From a bacterium (GTDB lineage: Bacteria > UBA8248), in contig CBDBZY010000064.1 in the NCBI GenBank assembly GCA_965213685.1, positions 192,001 to 256,000 on the forward strand: a stretch of 64,000 nt of DNA, given 5' to 3'. This document shows positions 11,352 to 26,010 of the stretch, in pieces. Position 1 is the first letter of the stretch. The number at the start of each line of letters is the position of its first letter. The notes below the pieces were generated by a model, which worked only from the letters and a program-made list of their open reading frames with translations, had not been told where the DNA came from and did not search any database. The position numbers and the translations under genes were made by a program.

Positions 11352-11559
11352 CGGCAAAAGCCTTTGATACCAAGCGCTGCCGTTCATGATGGCTTTGCCA
11401 TCAGATAGTAATGAACAAAGCACTAGTAACAGTGAAGCAAGTGCGAATGTTTCTGATCAGCGCTCTCTGTCTCCTTTTTTGGTCATAGACTGAGGGCATC
11501 TGGCCGTACCGTGGTGGATGATCGTTGACACTCAACACAATTATCTAATCATGAGACAC

Positions 11560-14310
11560 TGACAATTATGTATTCAAATGCTCGAAGTTTGTTACCTAGA
11601 TTGAAGTTTTAGTGTATAGTAATCTATGCATTGTTGAATCATGGCTATCACAAGGCATATTTGACAACGAAACAACAATTATGGGTTATAACTGTCATAG
11701 AAAAGATTGTAACAGGCATGGTGGAGGTGTATGTGTATATACAAGTCAGCATCTTGCCACAATGAATATGTCAGAAGAGGTTCATGCAGATCTGGAATGT
11801 ATATTTGTGAATGTTTTGAAAGGTACAGTCAAAACAACAGTTGGATGTTTCTATCGACCACCCCATTCTCCAAATTTTTTTTTGATACTCTCACAGATTC
11901 TATTTTTGCACTTCAGCCTAACCTGTTGACTAATTTCGTACTTATTGGTGACTTTAATGTTGATACTTCAAGAGGAATTAATACATGTCTGAACAATTTC
12001 ATGGCAACGTTGAGTCTCAGCCAAGTGGTCACCACGACAACACATATTTCTCCCACTGGACGAGAGACTACAATTGACTTGTGCTTCGTGTCATGTATAG
12101 AAAATCTTATTTTTTGTGAAACAAGACCTCCGCTTGGAACCTCTGATCATAAGTCTCTTGTTGTCACCTTGAAAAGTGACTGTATGCGAAGGAACAAACT
12201 TCATTACGAAAAACTTCTATGGAGGTACACTGAAGCCAATGTAGAAAGGGCATGTGCATTGATAAGAAACACTGACTGGAAAATAATCTTGATGAGTAAT
12301 GTAAATGAGTCATGGCAAAACTGGAAAAGGATCTTTTTTGACATAATGCAACAGTGTGTTCCACGAGCTAAACAGCAATGCCGGCGTTATTTGCTTTGGA
12401 TTAACAAAAATATTATGTGTGCTATTAAAAGAAGAGATCACTTGTATCGTAAGTTCAAGATATCGTAGAGTGTATCTGCTTGGAAGAAGTATAAAGAGAT
12501 GAGAAATCGAGTGGTCAAACTCATTAGGTCATCCAGAGCTGTTTTTTTCAGTAACTCTCCAGAATGGCAAATGATCCTCAGAAGTTTTGGAAAATAGTGA
12601 ACACTTCGAACACTGTTTCAAGTCATATTCCTACACTGGTTTCTGATAATACGTTGGTGTCGGAAGACGCTGAGAGAGCTGAAGTACTGAACATTTTCTT
12701 TGGTGAGAGCCTTAACAAATCAGATCCTCCTCTTCAACATTCTCCATCTCAACATCTGAGTGACTCCACCTCAGATATATCATTAATAATTTATTGACAT
12801 CTCTGAAGAGGAAGTTGTGTGCCTGATTTCTTCCCTGAAGCCCTAAATGTCACCTGGAAAAACTACTGTTGAAATGTTACAGTTGGTTGCCCAGTGTATT
12901 GGGCCAGCACTAATGCTGCTATTTAACATTTTCTTGCAATGGGAAAAATTCCATCGGAGTGGAAAGTTGGAAAAGTTATTCCTATACCCAAGGGAAAACA
13001 TCTTCAGTTGCCATCCAACTATCGTCCAATTATGCTTCTACCCATTGTCAGCAAGATTTTAGAACGACATATCTTTAATATTCTGCGTGACTTCATGCAC
13101 AACCAGTGCCCACTCTCTCCAAACCAGTGGGGATTCTGCTCAGGGAAATCCACTAGCACTGCTCTAGCTTACATTACACATTGCTGGAATGCAAAGTTGC
13201 ATACTGGTGTGGATATATGTGCAGTCTTTTTTGACTTAAGAAAGGCCTTCGATAGGGCACTGCTTCAGAAACTTTCTAAGCTAGATTTACCTCCTCTGTT
13301 GTTCCAGTGGCTCCAGGACTACTTAACTGGTAGATTTAAGCAAGTTGCTATCGGAGAGGCAATATCCAGGTTACTTCCTGTTCTATTGGGTGTGTGCCTC
13401 AAGGGTCAATACTTGGTCCGCTGTTGTTCATCTTTTTCATTGATGATATTTGTGATCTCCCACTATCGAAGGATTCCACTCTTGCACTCTATGCAGATGA
13501 CATCTGTTATTCCAGGCCTATTTGCAGCAGTGAGGACTTTGCAATTGTACAAAGGGACATTGACTTAATTGGAAACTGGTCCAGTAGTAACCATCCGAAA
13601 TTTATTTAAGATAAGTGTCAATGGATGTTTATATCTCCAAACGATCTAAGAACCCTGAATGTTATGCAGTCGACCTGTTTGTTAATGCAACTAAACTAAA
13701 TCGTGTCTTTGAAGTGAAGTACTTGGGTGTACTTATCACTCACAACCTAAATTGGGCTGCACATATTCATTCTGTGGTCTCCAAAACAAGACAAAAACTG
13801 GGTTTTGTCTACCGCAAGTTTTACAAACACTGCAACACTACAGTTCTCCGGAAACTATATGCATCATTAATATGCCCAGTACTGTTGCATTGTATGGGAC
13901 CCCTTCACAAAGGGCTCAATTGAACACTTGGAAAAAACTCCAAAGCTGGCTGCAAAAATCTGCCTGAAGAAGTAGAACTTATGATACACTACCATGTTGA
14001 GGGAGCTTAACTTGCCTACATTGCAAATTTGCAATCTAGGAGGCACATTATGAAGCTATGTGTTGTTTATGCCATACTTAATGACTCAATGTACTTCCCA
14101 TCAGGTATCTTTGATCGCAATTCCAGTGTCAGCACTAGAACCAATACTCCACTGTGCCTCCAGCCTGTACATTGCTCTACCAATTATTTCATGTTTTCTT
14201 TTGTTCCTCATTCCATCCTTCTGTGGAACAGTCTCCCACCATGCATCTCTGGATCTGCATCCTGCATCATTGTTGTCTTTTAAACGCGCATTACATGTTT
14301 GGCTCTAGTT
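11560..14310 (+). mobile_element. Decayed CR1/L2-group LINE ORF2 (APE endonuclease + RT)
   Basis: IVESWL, HGGGVC, FYRPP, IGDFN, TIDL, SDH; PIPK..SNYRPI, FFDLRKAFD, PQGSILGPLLF, YADD, KYLGV; many frameshifts. Confidence 0.92.
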
Positions 14311-14333
14311 CGCTTGTCCATTCCTTATATTTA

Positions 14334-15588
14334 CAAGTATGAAAAACATTTTCCAAAAACGTAGAAGGATGTAGGGATGGCAGTGCCAAAAACCACACAA
14401 ACTAGATATATGGATGGCAGTGTGCAGAGGACTACACAAGTAACCCCATCCCTACATCTTTTTTTCATCTTCGTTTCCTGCACAAAGATGTTTCCAGTAA
14501 TCTCACAGCAAAGTTTAGATACACGTTCTATTCAAAAAAAAAAGATGTAGGGATGGGGTTACTTGTGTAGTCCTCTGCACACTGCCATCCATATATCTAG
14601 TTTGTGTGGTTTTTGGCACTGCCATCCCTACATCCTTCTACATTTTTGGAAAATGTTTTTCATACTTGTTTGCATGCATTTTTTACTGTGCTACAGTACC
14701 ATACAGGAGGTTGTCCTTCTCTAAGTTAAGCACCAACACCTTCCTCCGCGTACGGAAAAATACGGCTGGCTTGCGAGGCTAAGTATGTTTCTTGGGATCA
14801 TACTCGGAAGTGAAGCTCAGTGATGCAACTTTGATTTTTGGGGGCGCCGTATCGTTTGGTAGAGAGATGCATAACGCTGCTTAGCGCTCAAAGTGGCTTG
14901 AAAAGCCTAACACGAGCGTCCGCTAGTTATAAAGAACATTTTTGTATGTACACGCGCAATTGGTACGTCGGTGCCATTCCTACACGAACAGTTTACCGAC
15001 TCTGAAACAACAGTGAAGATAAGGCTGAAACACAGGCCACTCGGCCGTTATCATGAGTAGCTTTTCTTGGAGAAATTACTAGGGCGTGGCTTCGTGTGAT
15101 TGCACGCGGCGCGCGAGGCCGGCCCTCACGTGCTTGCAACCTGTGTCACATGACAATTATTAGAAAATGGCTTCCAAATATGGGCATGTTGTCCAGTGCG
15201 TCTAGTTTCTGCTTATTTGAGAAGATACTAAGATGCCGTTAAGGCAGATCATACGCGGTAGTGATTACAGTTGATCTGTAAAGAACTACGGTGATTACTT
15301 CTGCCAGTTTCGAGAAAAGTCGTTTGAAAAAAATCTCTTAAGAAGAAGAAGAAGAAGAATCAGAAAGAAAAAGAAATCACCACTTCGCCCGTTTCCTGGC
15401 AGTGAGTCTAGGGATGCTTTTTAGCTATCTGGGGGATATTATTGGGTAGAGAAACGTCGGAATAGGATAGCTAGGTGTCTAGAAAGACTTAGAACACGAG
15501 CGTTCCCGAGTTAAGACGGATTTCCAATGTACGCACACTATGGGCGGACCGGCGCCATCCCTACATAGAGAGTCTACCGACTCTCTGA
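14334..15588 (-). mobile_element. Non-autonomous Helitron-like element, subfamily B, full length
   Basis: Minus strand A|TCAGAGAGTCGGTAGACTCTCT...CATACTTG|T; the empty site GTCAA|TAAAT at 27295/27296 shows no TSD. Confidence 0.88.
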
Positions 15589-16052
15589 TTGACTAAATTG
15601 CACTGAAGTACGTCACTAGCTATTGTGCTATTGCACTTCGTATTTCTAATAATGGACTCACCCTCGGAACGCCTGGGTATGAGGCTAGTCGCTACTAAGC
15701 CTCGGCATAACCAACTCTAGCGCTTCTGCTCTATGCCGTCGCTATATACATCCGCATGTACGTGTAGTAAATGTAAACGTCATCAATGGAACGCAAGACG
15801 TCATTGACAAATTATTGTATTACGTAATGTAATCAGTATGTACCTGGCGTTCCTCCTCGCCGCAGAGTACAAAACCACGTTTATAATGTACTGTGCAACA
15901 CTAAATATTATGGGGTGTGATCTGTGTCAAAATTGGTAATGGAAGCTTTCAATAATACTTTGCATATTTATGCAGGGATACACATAATAGCAATCTGCTA
16001 ACACAGGATGTGTAACCTTATATACTAATTACAAAGCTAAAACTAACAGGTA

Positions 16053-16547
16053 CACTGCAAAAAATCCATGGTTATTTTAACCAATAAGAATGGTTATCTC
16101 AGTTGCACATTTGTTCTCTCAACACTTGGCACTGAGCAGAGGTATAAAGAATGTGCAAGATGTGTAGGATATCATCCAGGAGGAATTGAGCGGTAGAAGA
16201 CAGTCCATTAGTCTACTGAGCATGACAGAGGAGTGGGCTGTTTGCCCATCCTCATGGATGGGCTGTTTACCCATCCTCATGGGCTGTTTACCCATCCTCT
16301 GTCGAATTCCTGTCATAGCACACAATTACTTACAATTACTCACATATTATTGGGGACACCCTACACTTTGCCCACAAGTCTTCAATCTCAAGAGTATAGG
16401 ATAACTCTGTGTGGGGGGTTACATGATGTCATTCAGCTTCAATATCAAGAGTATAGGACAACTCAGTGTGGGAATGAGATGGTGTCACTCAGCTGCAACT
16501 GAGATAACCTTAGCAAGGTTTAAAATAACCATTTCTTTTTTGCAGTG
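16053..16547. mobile_element. CACTG-terminated MITE with TA TSD (animal EnSpm/CMC-like)
   Basis: TA|CACTGCAAAAAA...TTTTTTGCAGTG|TA; empty site with a single TA at ~26832. Confidence 0.88.
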
Positions 16548-17979
16548 TACAGATGGTTATGTGCAATAGGAAACAACATTTTGTTTGAAGTAACCATATG
16601 TGGAATTCAACACAGGTGAAGCTTACTAAGCGTGCATGTCTTGCTAGGAATCTTGCTAGGAATGTCGCTACATAACATTGTGGCCAGCAACCACACCCGG
16701 GGGGGTGTCCGGAACAAGTCCTGAACAGACTCTCGCTTGCGGAGAGAGTCTGGCTACGCGAGACTACTCTCGGTTGGAGCCCAGTCGCGCCCTCTGGTTG
16801 CCAACACCTATTGCTTTCGGAAACCGGTAGAATCTTGTGTGCTTGGTGCCTCCGTACGCGCTGCAACGTACTGGCATTTAGTACGCAACATGGACGAAAA
16901 TACAATGCAATATACAGGGGCAAAAATGTGGCATACTGTAATACCATAGAACGCAACATACGCTTTACCCACCAAGCGCTTTCTTACACTTTTGCACCTC
17001 GCTAAGCGCCCTCAGTTCTGCAGCACCACCACGCGCGGCTCCTGACGAAACCCCAACACTGTGTCACAACCCGCGTAGAGTGAAGGAGGGCTGGATTCAA
17101 AACGTGCGTGACTAGTCCACTGCGGAACACACCAGGCACAATGTCAGTCAGTGGGCTGGAACGACACTACGACACCATAAACTATGTCTATTACCCTACT
17201 CATTATGGTTCTTACCTAATATTCAGGAGAGGAGGGTTTTGTGCGTAAGAGGTACTTGCTATGCTTGCTGCGTTTAGCAGAAAAGGGTATTGTATGGGCC
17301 CTTTAGAGCGAAGGTATGAAGATATTTTAAACGTGAAGTCTGACTATGTATAGTAGCGAAGCCCCCCATACGCACACCTGACAACCGTAAGTGTAGTCGC
17401 TTCCGTCGGTCACGGTATAGAAGGCCCCTGCCCCGGGCACAACCTTTGACCCCTCCTGCACATGGCGGACAGATTCAAAATAGCGAGCAGCAACCAGCGC
17501 ACTATCCACGTCCATCACAGCACCCTACCCTTCGCTATGTACCGCTTTTGGCGCGAATAACGTTCATTTCACGTGGCCGCGCGTCTTCTAGCGTTTGTCT
17601 GGTCGAAATAGCCCTGAACAGTTTGCCATGGCAGAATGACATGAGAGAAGCACTGAAGAGGGGAAGCCTGAGATCCAGGTACACAAACAAGTGAATATAG
17701 GTACATACACATGAAAAATGAAAGATAAAAGTACATTGCTAGGTACAGGTGCACTATGGTGGTCGTCAGCCTCCTCAGACTTTTGTCGGTAGCTATATAG
17801 GCTGAATAGATTCCTCCAGGAGTCCAGGCCAGAGGAGTTTAGTCCGTCAGTCAAGTGGATGGAGGATGAGTGTGTGTGTCCAAAAAGGAGACGTACAGGA
17901 GATAAACAACTTGACCCTGTAGCGGCAAGTGAAGATGCTTGCACTTACAATTCTTACATTTACATATGCAGACCGACAC

Positions 17980-18189
17980 ATAAAGGGGATCACCCCGTGC
18001 TGTGGTCAACCCACTGACAAAGCCCACTGCCCTCACTGTCTGTGCACACCGTGTGTGGTGGCACAGCCCACAGACTTTCTGGTTGGCAGTTCAGCTGCCA
18101 GTCTGAACAACGTATCCAAGCAATACAGCCTGTACAGAAAGTTCTGGGCATTACTACAGCAGTTGGGAGTGTGGGAGCACCCAACGTAG
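17980..18189 (+). pseudogene. Fragment of a small Cys-rich protein (CPHCLCTPC..LYRKFW.LL..LGVWEHP), probably transposon-associated
   Basis: Protein-like motif in ORF 17929..18189 ending in a premature stop; family unassigned. Confidence 0.4.
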
Positions 18190-18735
18190 TTGGAATAAAA
18201 CAAAACACCACCACACACCAAGTATACCTTACCACCATTTGCATAACTGGCTTTCACTCCTCCACTGCGGCGAGAGTGTGACACACGCTTTCACAACATC
18301 TGTGTATACTGCTGCTTCTTGTTCACTACAAGAACGCAAGAGAAGCACACAAATCACGAAGTGCTTTCTCCTCGCAAAGGAAGAGTTCCTGTCCCAACAG
18401 CACAGCACCATCACTGTACATCCCTGTAGTACACATATACATGTAGCAAGAAACCTATCAAGTTCAAGGACAAACATGGCGGCAGGCTAACACCTTTACT
18501 ACTACTTACCTGCATTTTCCAACATACAGCTAGTTGTTGCTACTCTTGCACGTGGTCTGCGGATACTAGAATACTGTACCACAGGTTGGATGGGTGTACT
18601 GGGGACGCTACTTCGCTCTTCCACCAGGGACAGCAAGTTCGAGTAGCTGTGGTGCGCCCTGGGGTGTCAAAAAACTTCGCGTGGCACTCAGACGCTGTAG
18701 AAAGGATGCTTTGGCATCATCAGTTGGAAACTTAA

Positions 18736-19036
18736 ACGACCCTAAGACATGATTTTGCCTGATTTATGTTTTATTGTATTCTCCTAATGATGACTGTTAG
18801 CGAAATAACGTAGTTTTGCGTGATAAACTAGTTCACTCCCCTTTGGCGAGCATCCACCTCTTCATCGGTTGGCGCCACACAGCGCCGCACGTCCAACGGT
18901 AGCGGGAAATATGAATTTTTTCCCAGCGAATTTGCAACCGCGCCAAAGAATTGCTGTCGTTTTAGGGTTTTGTAAACGTAGGGAGAAAGCGACGGTAGAG
19001 TAATTGACGAAGAACGCAATCATGACTCGCCCTCCC
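18736..19036 (-). mobile_element. Internally deleted copy of the TTAA Kolobok-like element
   Basis: Reverse complement of both end regions of 2096-2668; followed by TTAA at 19037-19040. Confidence 0.8.
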
Positions 19037-19040
19037 TTAA

Positions 19041-19623
19041 GGGTGGTCGGACATGGATACTGTGCGGCTCTAAAGGAATGCGCAGATCTGGGCTTCGTGG
19101 TTAATTAGTGGAAGCCAAATGCAACAGCTGCACGCATTAGCGTAATAGATCTGGCCCGTCTAAGGTATGCAGCGTGCATAACTCTGTAAAACTCCGTAGC
19201 GCTTTTCGTGATCGGGACGCCCTTCCGTTGGCGTCATCGTGGGCAGGTACCGCAGACCGTAACGTGGAGTTTTTCCGAATTGAACGCTCCAAATTCGAGA
19301 AAAGTTCAAAAACCCGTGCTTGCGTACTAGATACAGTGAAAACGGCCACGTTAATGGCTAGCGCTTGCTCGAATAGCTCTGGTGCCTGAGTTTCAGGGAG
19401 GTAGGTAAATCGGTTAAGAAGTTTTATAGAGAAAGAGTCTAAGACTTTACCGCCGTAACTCTCGGTGACTAGGTAAGCTGGAGCTGTGAAACTTGGTATA
19501 CGAATTGCAGTGTCTGCAGTGTCTATAAGGGCCCAAACACGACATTGGTAGGTACCGTACTTTGCGAGATATAATAGCATAGCAACCACATGCCTCATTA
19601 ATGTTCATGATATCCGACCACCC
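19041..19623. mobile_element. TIR element GGGTGGTCGGACAT...ATATCCGACCACCC next to a TTAA
   Basis: 14-bp near-perfect inverted termini; left flank TTAA, right flank not conserved. Confidence 0.55.
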
Positions 19624-20202
19624 CCCGAAAGAGGGTCTGGCAACTATACTCGACCCTATGACGTGGCCGTCCGGCATGTGGGATGGCCAATAACAGCGCA
19701 GCATTCTTCAATTCTACGTTCTTCAGCGCAGCATTCTTCAATTCTACGTTCCATAGTAGATAGTTGCCTGTTCAACAAGTAACGCCACCCAATCATTTAT
19801 TTTTACTTGTTACCTGCATTTGTAGTCTTTGTATGCCCTGTCTTGCCTATATTTTATACACAGCAAAAATAGAATTGTTGTTTTAACAAAACAAGGCCAA
19901 GGCACAGCTCACAACAGCTGTTACAACTATATTTGTAGTACAGTTTTACATGGCCCTGCAGCAAATATAACAAAGGTCTTTATCATAGGAACAATGTCAT
20001 TTTTGCTGTGTACACAGCTAAAAAGAGATGGACAATTGAATGTTATTTCAGGTACTAGCACTCACCACATCATTCAGTTTTCTTGCCACTATTTCTCTTT
20101 TAAACTCTTAACGACAGAATAGGTGAACAATGAATCAATGCTGGTGTCAGTTTATGCTCAGTGGATTAAAATATGTATTGTCATACTTCTTAATCATCCC
20201 TA

Positions 20203-23059
<2,857 letters not shown>

Positions 23060-24993
23060 TTGGTTCTCTTGATATATGTTTCATTCAGGAACATTGGTTG
23101 CTACCTGATCAGCTGTATCTGCTGAATGAGTTTCACCCTGATTTTCAGTGTCTCAGTTAGTGGTATTGATGGTAGTGTGTTGTTGTGTGGACGGCCATAT
23201 GGGGGCTGTGCCATTTTGTATCGGCAATCTTTGTTTTCTTCCATTACACCACTTTTATGTAATTCTAATCGTTTTTGTGCTGTCAAATTGCATGATTCCT
23301 GTGGTGTTTCTGTCCTTGTGGTTTGTGTGTATATGCCTGCTCAGTCGCATTCATTTTACTTTGATGAGTACCTAAGTACAATTTGTGAGTTGGAGGGCTT
23401 CTTGGAGTTTCATAAGTGTGATGTGAATTTACTTGTTGGTGATTTTAATGTGGATTTTTCTCGGGGTGACAGTTTAACTTTTATGGATGAGTGGGATCTC
23501 TGTGCACGAGATCTTTCCTTTCCAGACGCTATTCAATTTACTTACGAGCGAGATGATGGGCTTGTAACATCTTGCGTTGATCATGTTCTGTGTTCTATTC
23601 ATAACTCAAATATAGTGTCACATGTTACAAGTGTGCTTCTGGGTTCTAATCTTTCTGACCATCATCCAATTGCATTTACTCTTAACGTTGATTGCTCTTT
23701 GATGGATACCACTTCTCATTCGTTTTCTTCCTCTCCTAGTCTGGACTGGGACAAAGCATCTAAAGAAGATCTTGATAATTACTCTAAGTTAGTTGCTCAG
23801 TCACTTCCACCGTTTCCTCCTGATGTTGCTTCTTGTTGTTCCCCTAATTGCTTGTCACATCTTAGTTGTATTGATCGCTTTGCTGATATGCTTATCACAT
23901 GCCTTTTGAAATGTGCAGCATCCTGCATTCAAGAAGTCGAAGCACAGAGGGCTGGTGGGCTGGAATGATGGGCTGAGGAAGTTGAGGCATGAAACCAATT
24001 TCTGGTATCATGTTTGGTTGGAAGCTGGATGCCCTAAATCTGGCGCTCTCTTCGATATAAAGAAGAAGGCAAAAAAGAGGTATAAATATGCAGCCTGTAA
24101 AGTCAAAAGGCAACAGATGTATTTTTTACGAGATAAGTTAGCTAAGTCTTACTGTCGAAAAAACCCTCGAGACTTTTGGTCACTAGTCAATAAATTGACA
24201 AAACCCAGAAATTCCAGATGTGTTCCAGTTGTTGATGGTGTTTCTGATGGTAATGACATTGCAAACTTGTGGGCTTCTCAGTTGCAGGGCCTTCTCAATA
24301 CGCACAGTTCCTCTTTACGGCACACTTTGCTTCAAGCTTTAAATATCTCTTTATCTCTTGATCATCTTTCAACTGTTCATGTCCCCATTGATGATGTACT
24401 GAATACAATCCATCTAATCAAGCCTAGCAAGGTGGATTCTGCACAGCTATCTGCTGAGCATTTAAGGTACTCTGCACTCTCCATTGCTGGTCCTCTGTCT
24501 GCTTTTTTCACAGCTGTTCTTCGTCATGGATACATGCCCAAGTGTATTCGAGATTGTACGTTGGTCCCCATACCAAAAAATAACAAAGATCCTTCTAGCA
24601 GTAAAAACTACAGAGTAATTGCAATTGCATCTCTCTTGAGTAAAGTCCTGGAAAGAATTATACTCTCCAGATATGAATCCTACTTTACAAGTAGTGCTTT
24701 GCAATTTGGCTTCAAGAAAGGTCATTCAACAACTCTTTGCACAGGACTCATAAAGAATATTGTTTCTAGGTATATACGTAAAGGATCTAAGGTTTATGGC
24801 TGTTTTTTAGATGCAAGCAAAGCATTTGATTTGGTGGACCATGGCATTGTGTTTGATATTCTTCATTCTCGTGGTCTCCCAACTCCTATTCTTCGTTTTC
24901 TTCTAAGTTGGTATAGTAGTCAACAAATGTGTGTTCACTGGAATTCTTGTGTGTCTCATTCGTTTTCTGTTTCTAATGGTGTTCGTCAAGGTA
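23060..24993 (+). mobile_element. Inverted near-identical copy of the same LINE, cut at GVRQG by a CACTG MITE
   Basis: ORFs 23126..23968 and 23913..25055 mirror 22246..22881 and 21222..22301; the spacer 23060-23144 encodes DICFIQEHWL. Confidence 0.9.
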
Positions 24994-25875
24994 CACTGCA
25001 AAAAAGAGATGGTTATTTTAATCTTGATACGGTTATCTCAGTTGCAGCCGAATGACATCATGTCACCCCCACACAGAGTTATCCTATACTCTTGAGATTG
25101 AAGGCTTGTGGGCAAAGTGTAGGGTGTCTCCAATAATATGTGAGTAATTGGGTGTTGTAAAAGTCATTGTGTGCTATAACAGGAATTTGACAGGGGATGG
25201 GTAAACAGCCCATGATGGGGGGTCACTCCTCTGTCATGCTCAGTAGACTAATGGACTGCAATTTATTCTACAGCTCAGTCCCTCCTGGGTGATATCCTAC
25301 ACATTCTTTATACCTCTGTTCAGTGCCAAGTGTTGAGAGGACAAATGTGAAACTGAAGTAACCATTCTTATTGGTTAAAGTAACCATGGAGTTTTTGCAG
25401 TGTACTGCTTAATCAGCCATTTGAACACCCATTACTTAGAGGATATCCTACACATTCTGCACATTTTATATATACCTGTATACCTGTTCAGTTGCATGCA
25501 CCCAAGCTGAATATCATCGTATCATCTCCACACTGCAATTTAGCCAATACGACTTCTCAGTTGCAATGTCTTATTTCTCCCATAGTCCTAAGACTAAATG
25601 CATGTGGGCATGCATGTGTAGGGTGTTCCCAGAGTAATACATGTTGTGACGGGGTGCTTGAAATGTGGTGGGTAAAGCAACACACCTTTCATGCACAATC
25701 AACACCAGTGGGTTGTGGAACTACTACTGCTTAATCAACACCCGTTACTTAGGGGATATCCTACACATTCTGCACATTTTATATATACCTGTTTAGTACC
25801 AGGTGTTGAGAAAGCAAATATGCAACTGAGATAACCATATGTATTGGTTAAAGTAACCATCACTTTTTTGCAGTG
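24994..25875. mobile_element. CACTG MITE (24994-25402, TA flanks) plus a related partial element ending at 25875
   Basis: TA|CACTGCAAAAAA...TTTTTGCAGTG|TA, homologous in inverse orientation to 16053-16547; second TTTTTTGCAGTG end at 25875. Confidence 0.82.
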
Positions 25876-26010
25876 CACGTCATAGAGTCGAGTATAGTTG
25901 CCAGACCCATTTCGGGGGGCGCGTGAGGGTCTGGACGAGACTATTCTACACCTGCTTTCATCATGGCCCAACAAGGGGCGGGCACTTCCGCTTCCGCCGT
26001 TTAAGGCCAC

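Larger units (their letters stand above)
7001..17330 (+). repeat. Left arm of large inverted segmental duplication (partner 26011-31694)
   Basis: Collinear reverse-complement matches, e.g. ORF pairs 7304/31116, 10762/29708, 11118/29409, 14029/27361, 16737/26428; arms differ by TE insertions and deletions. Confidence 0.9.
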
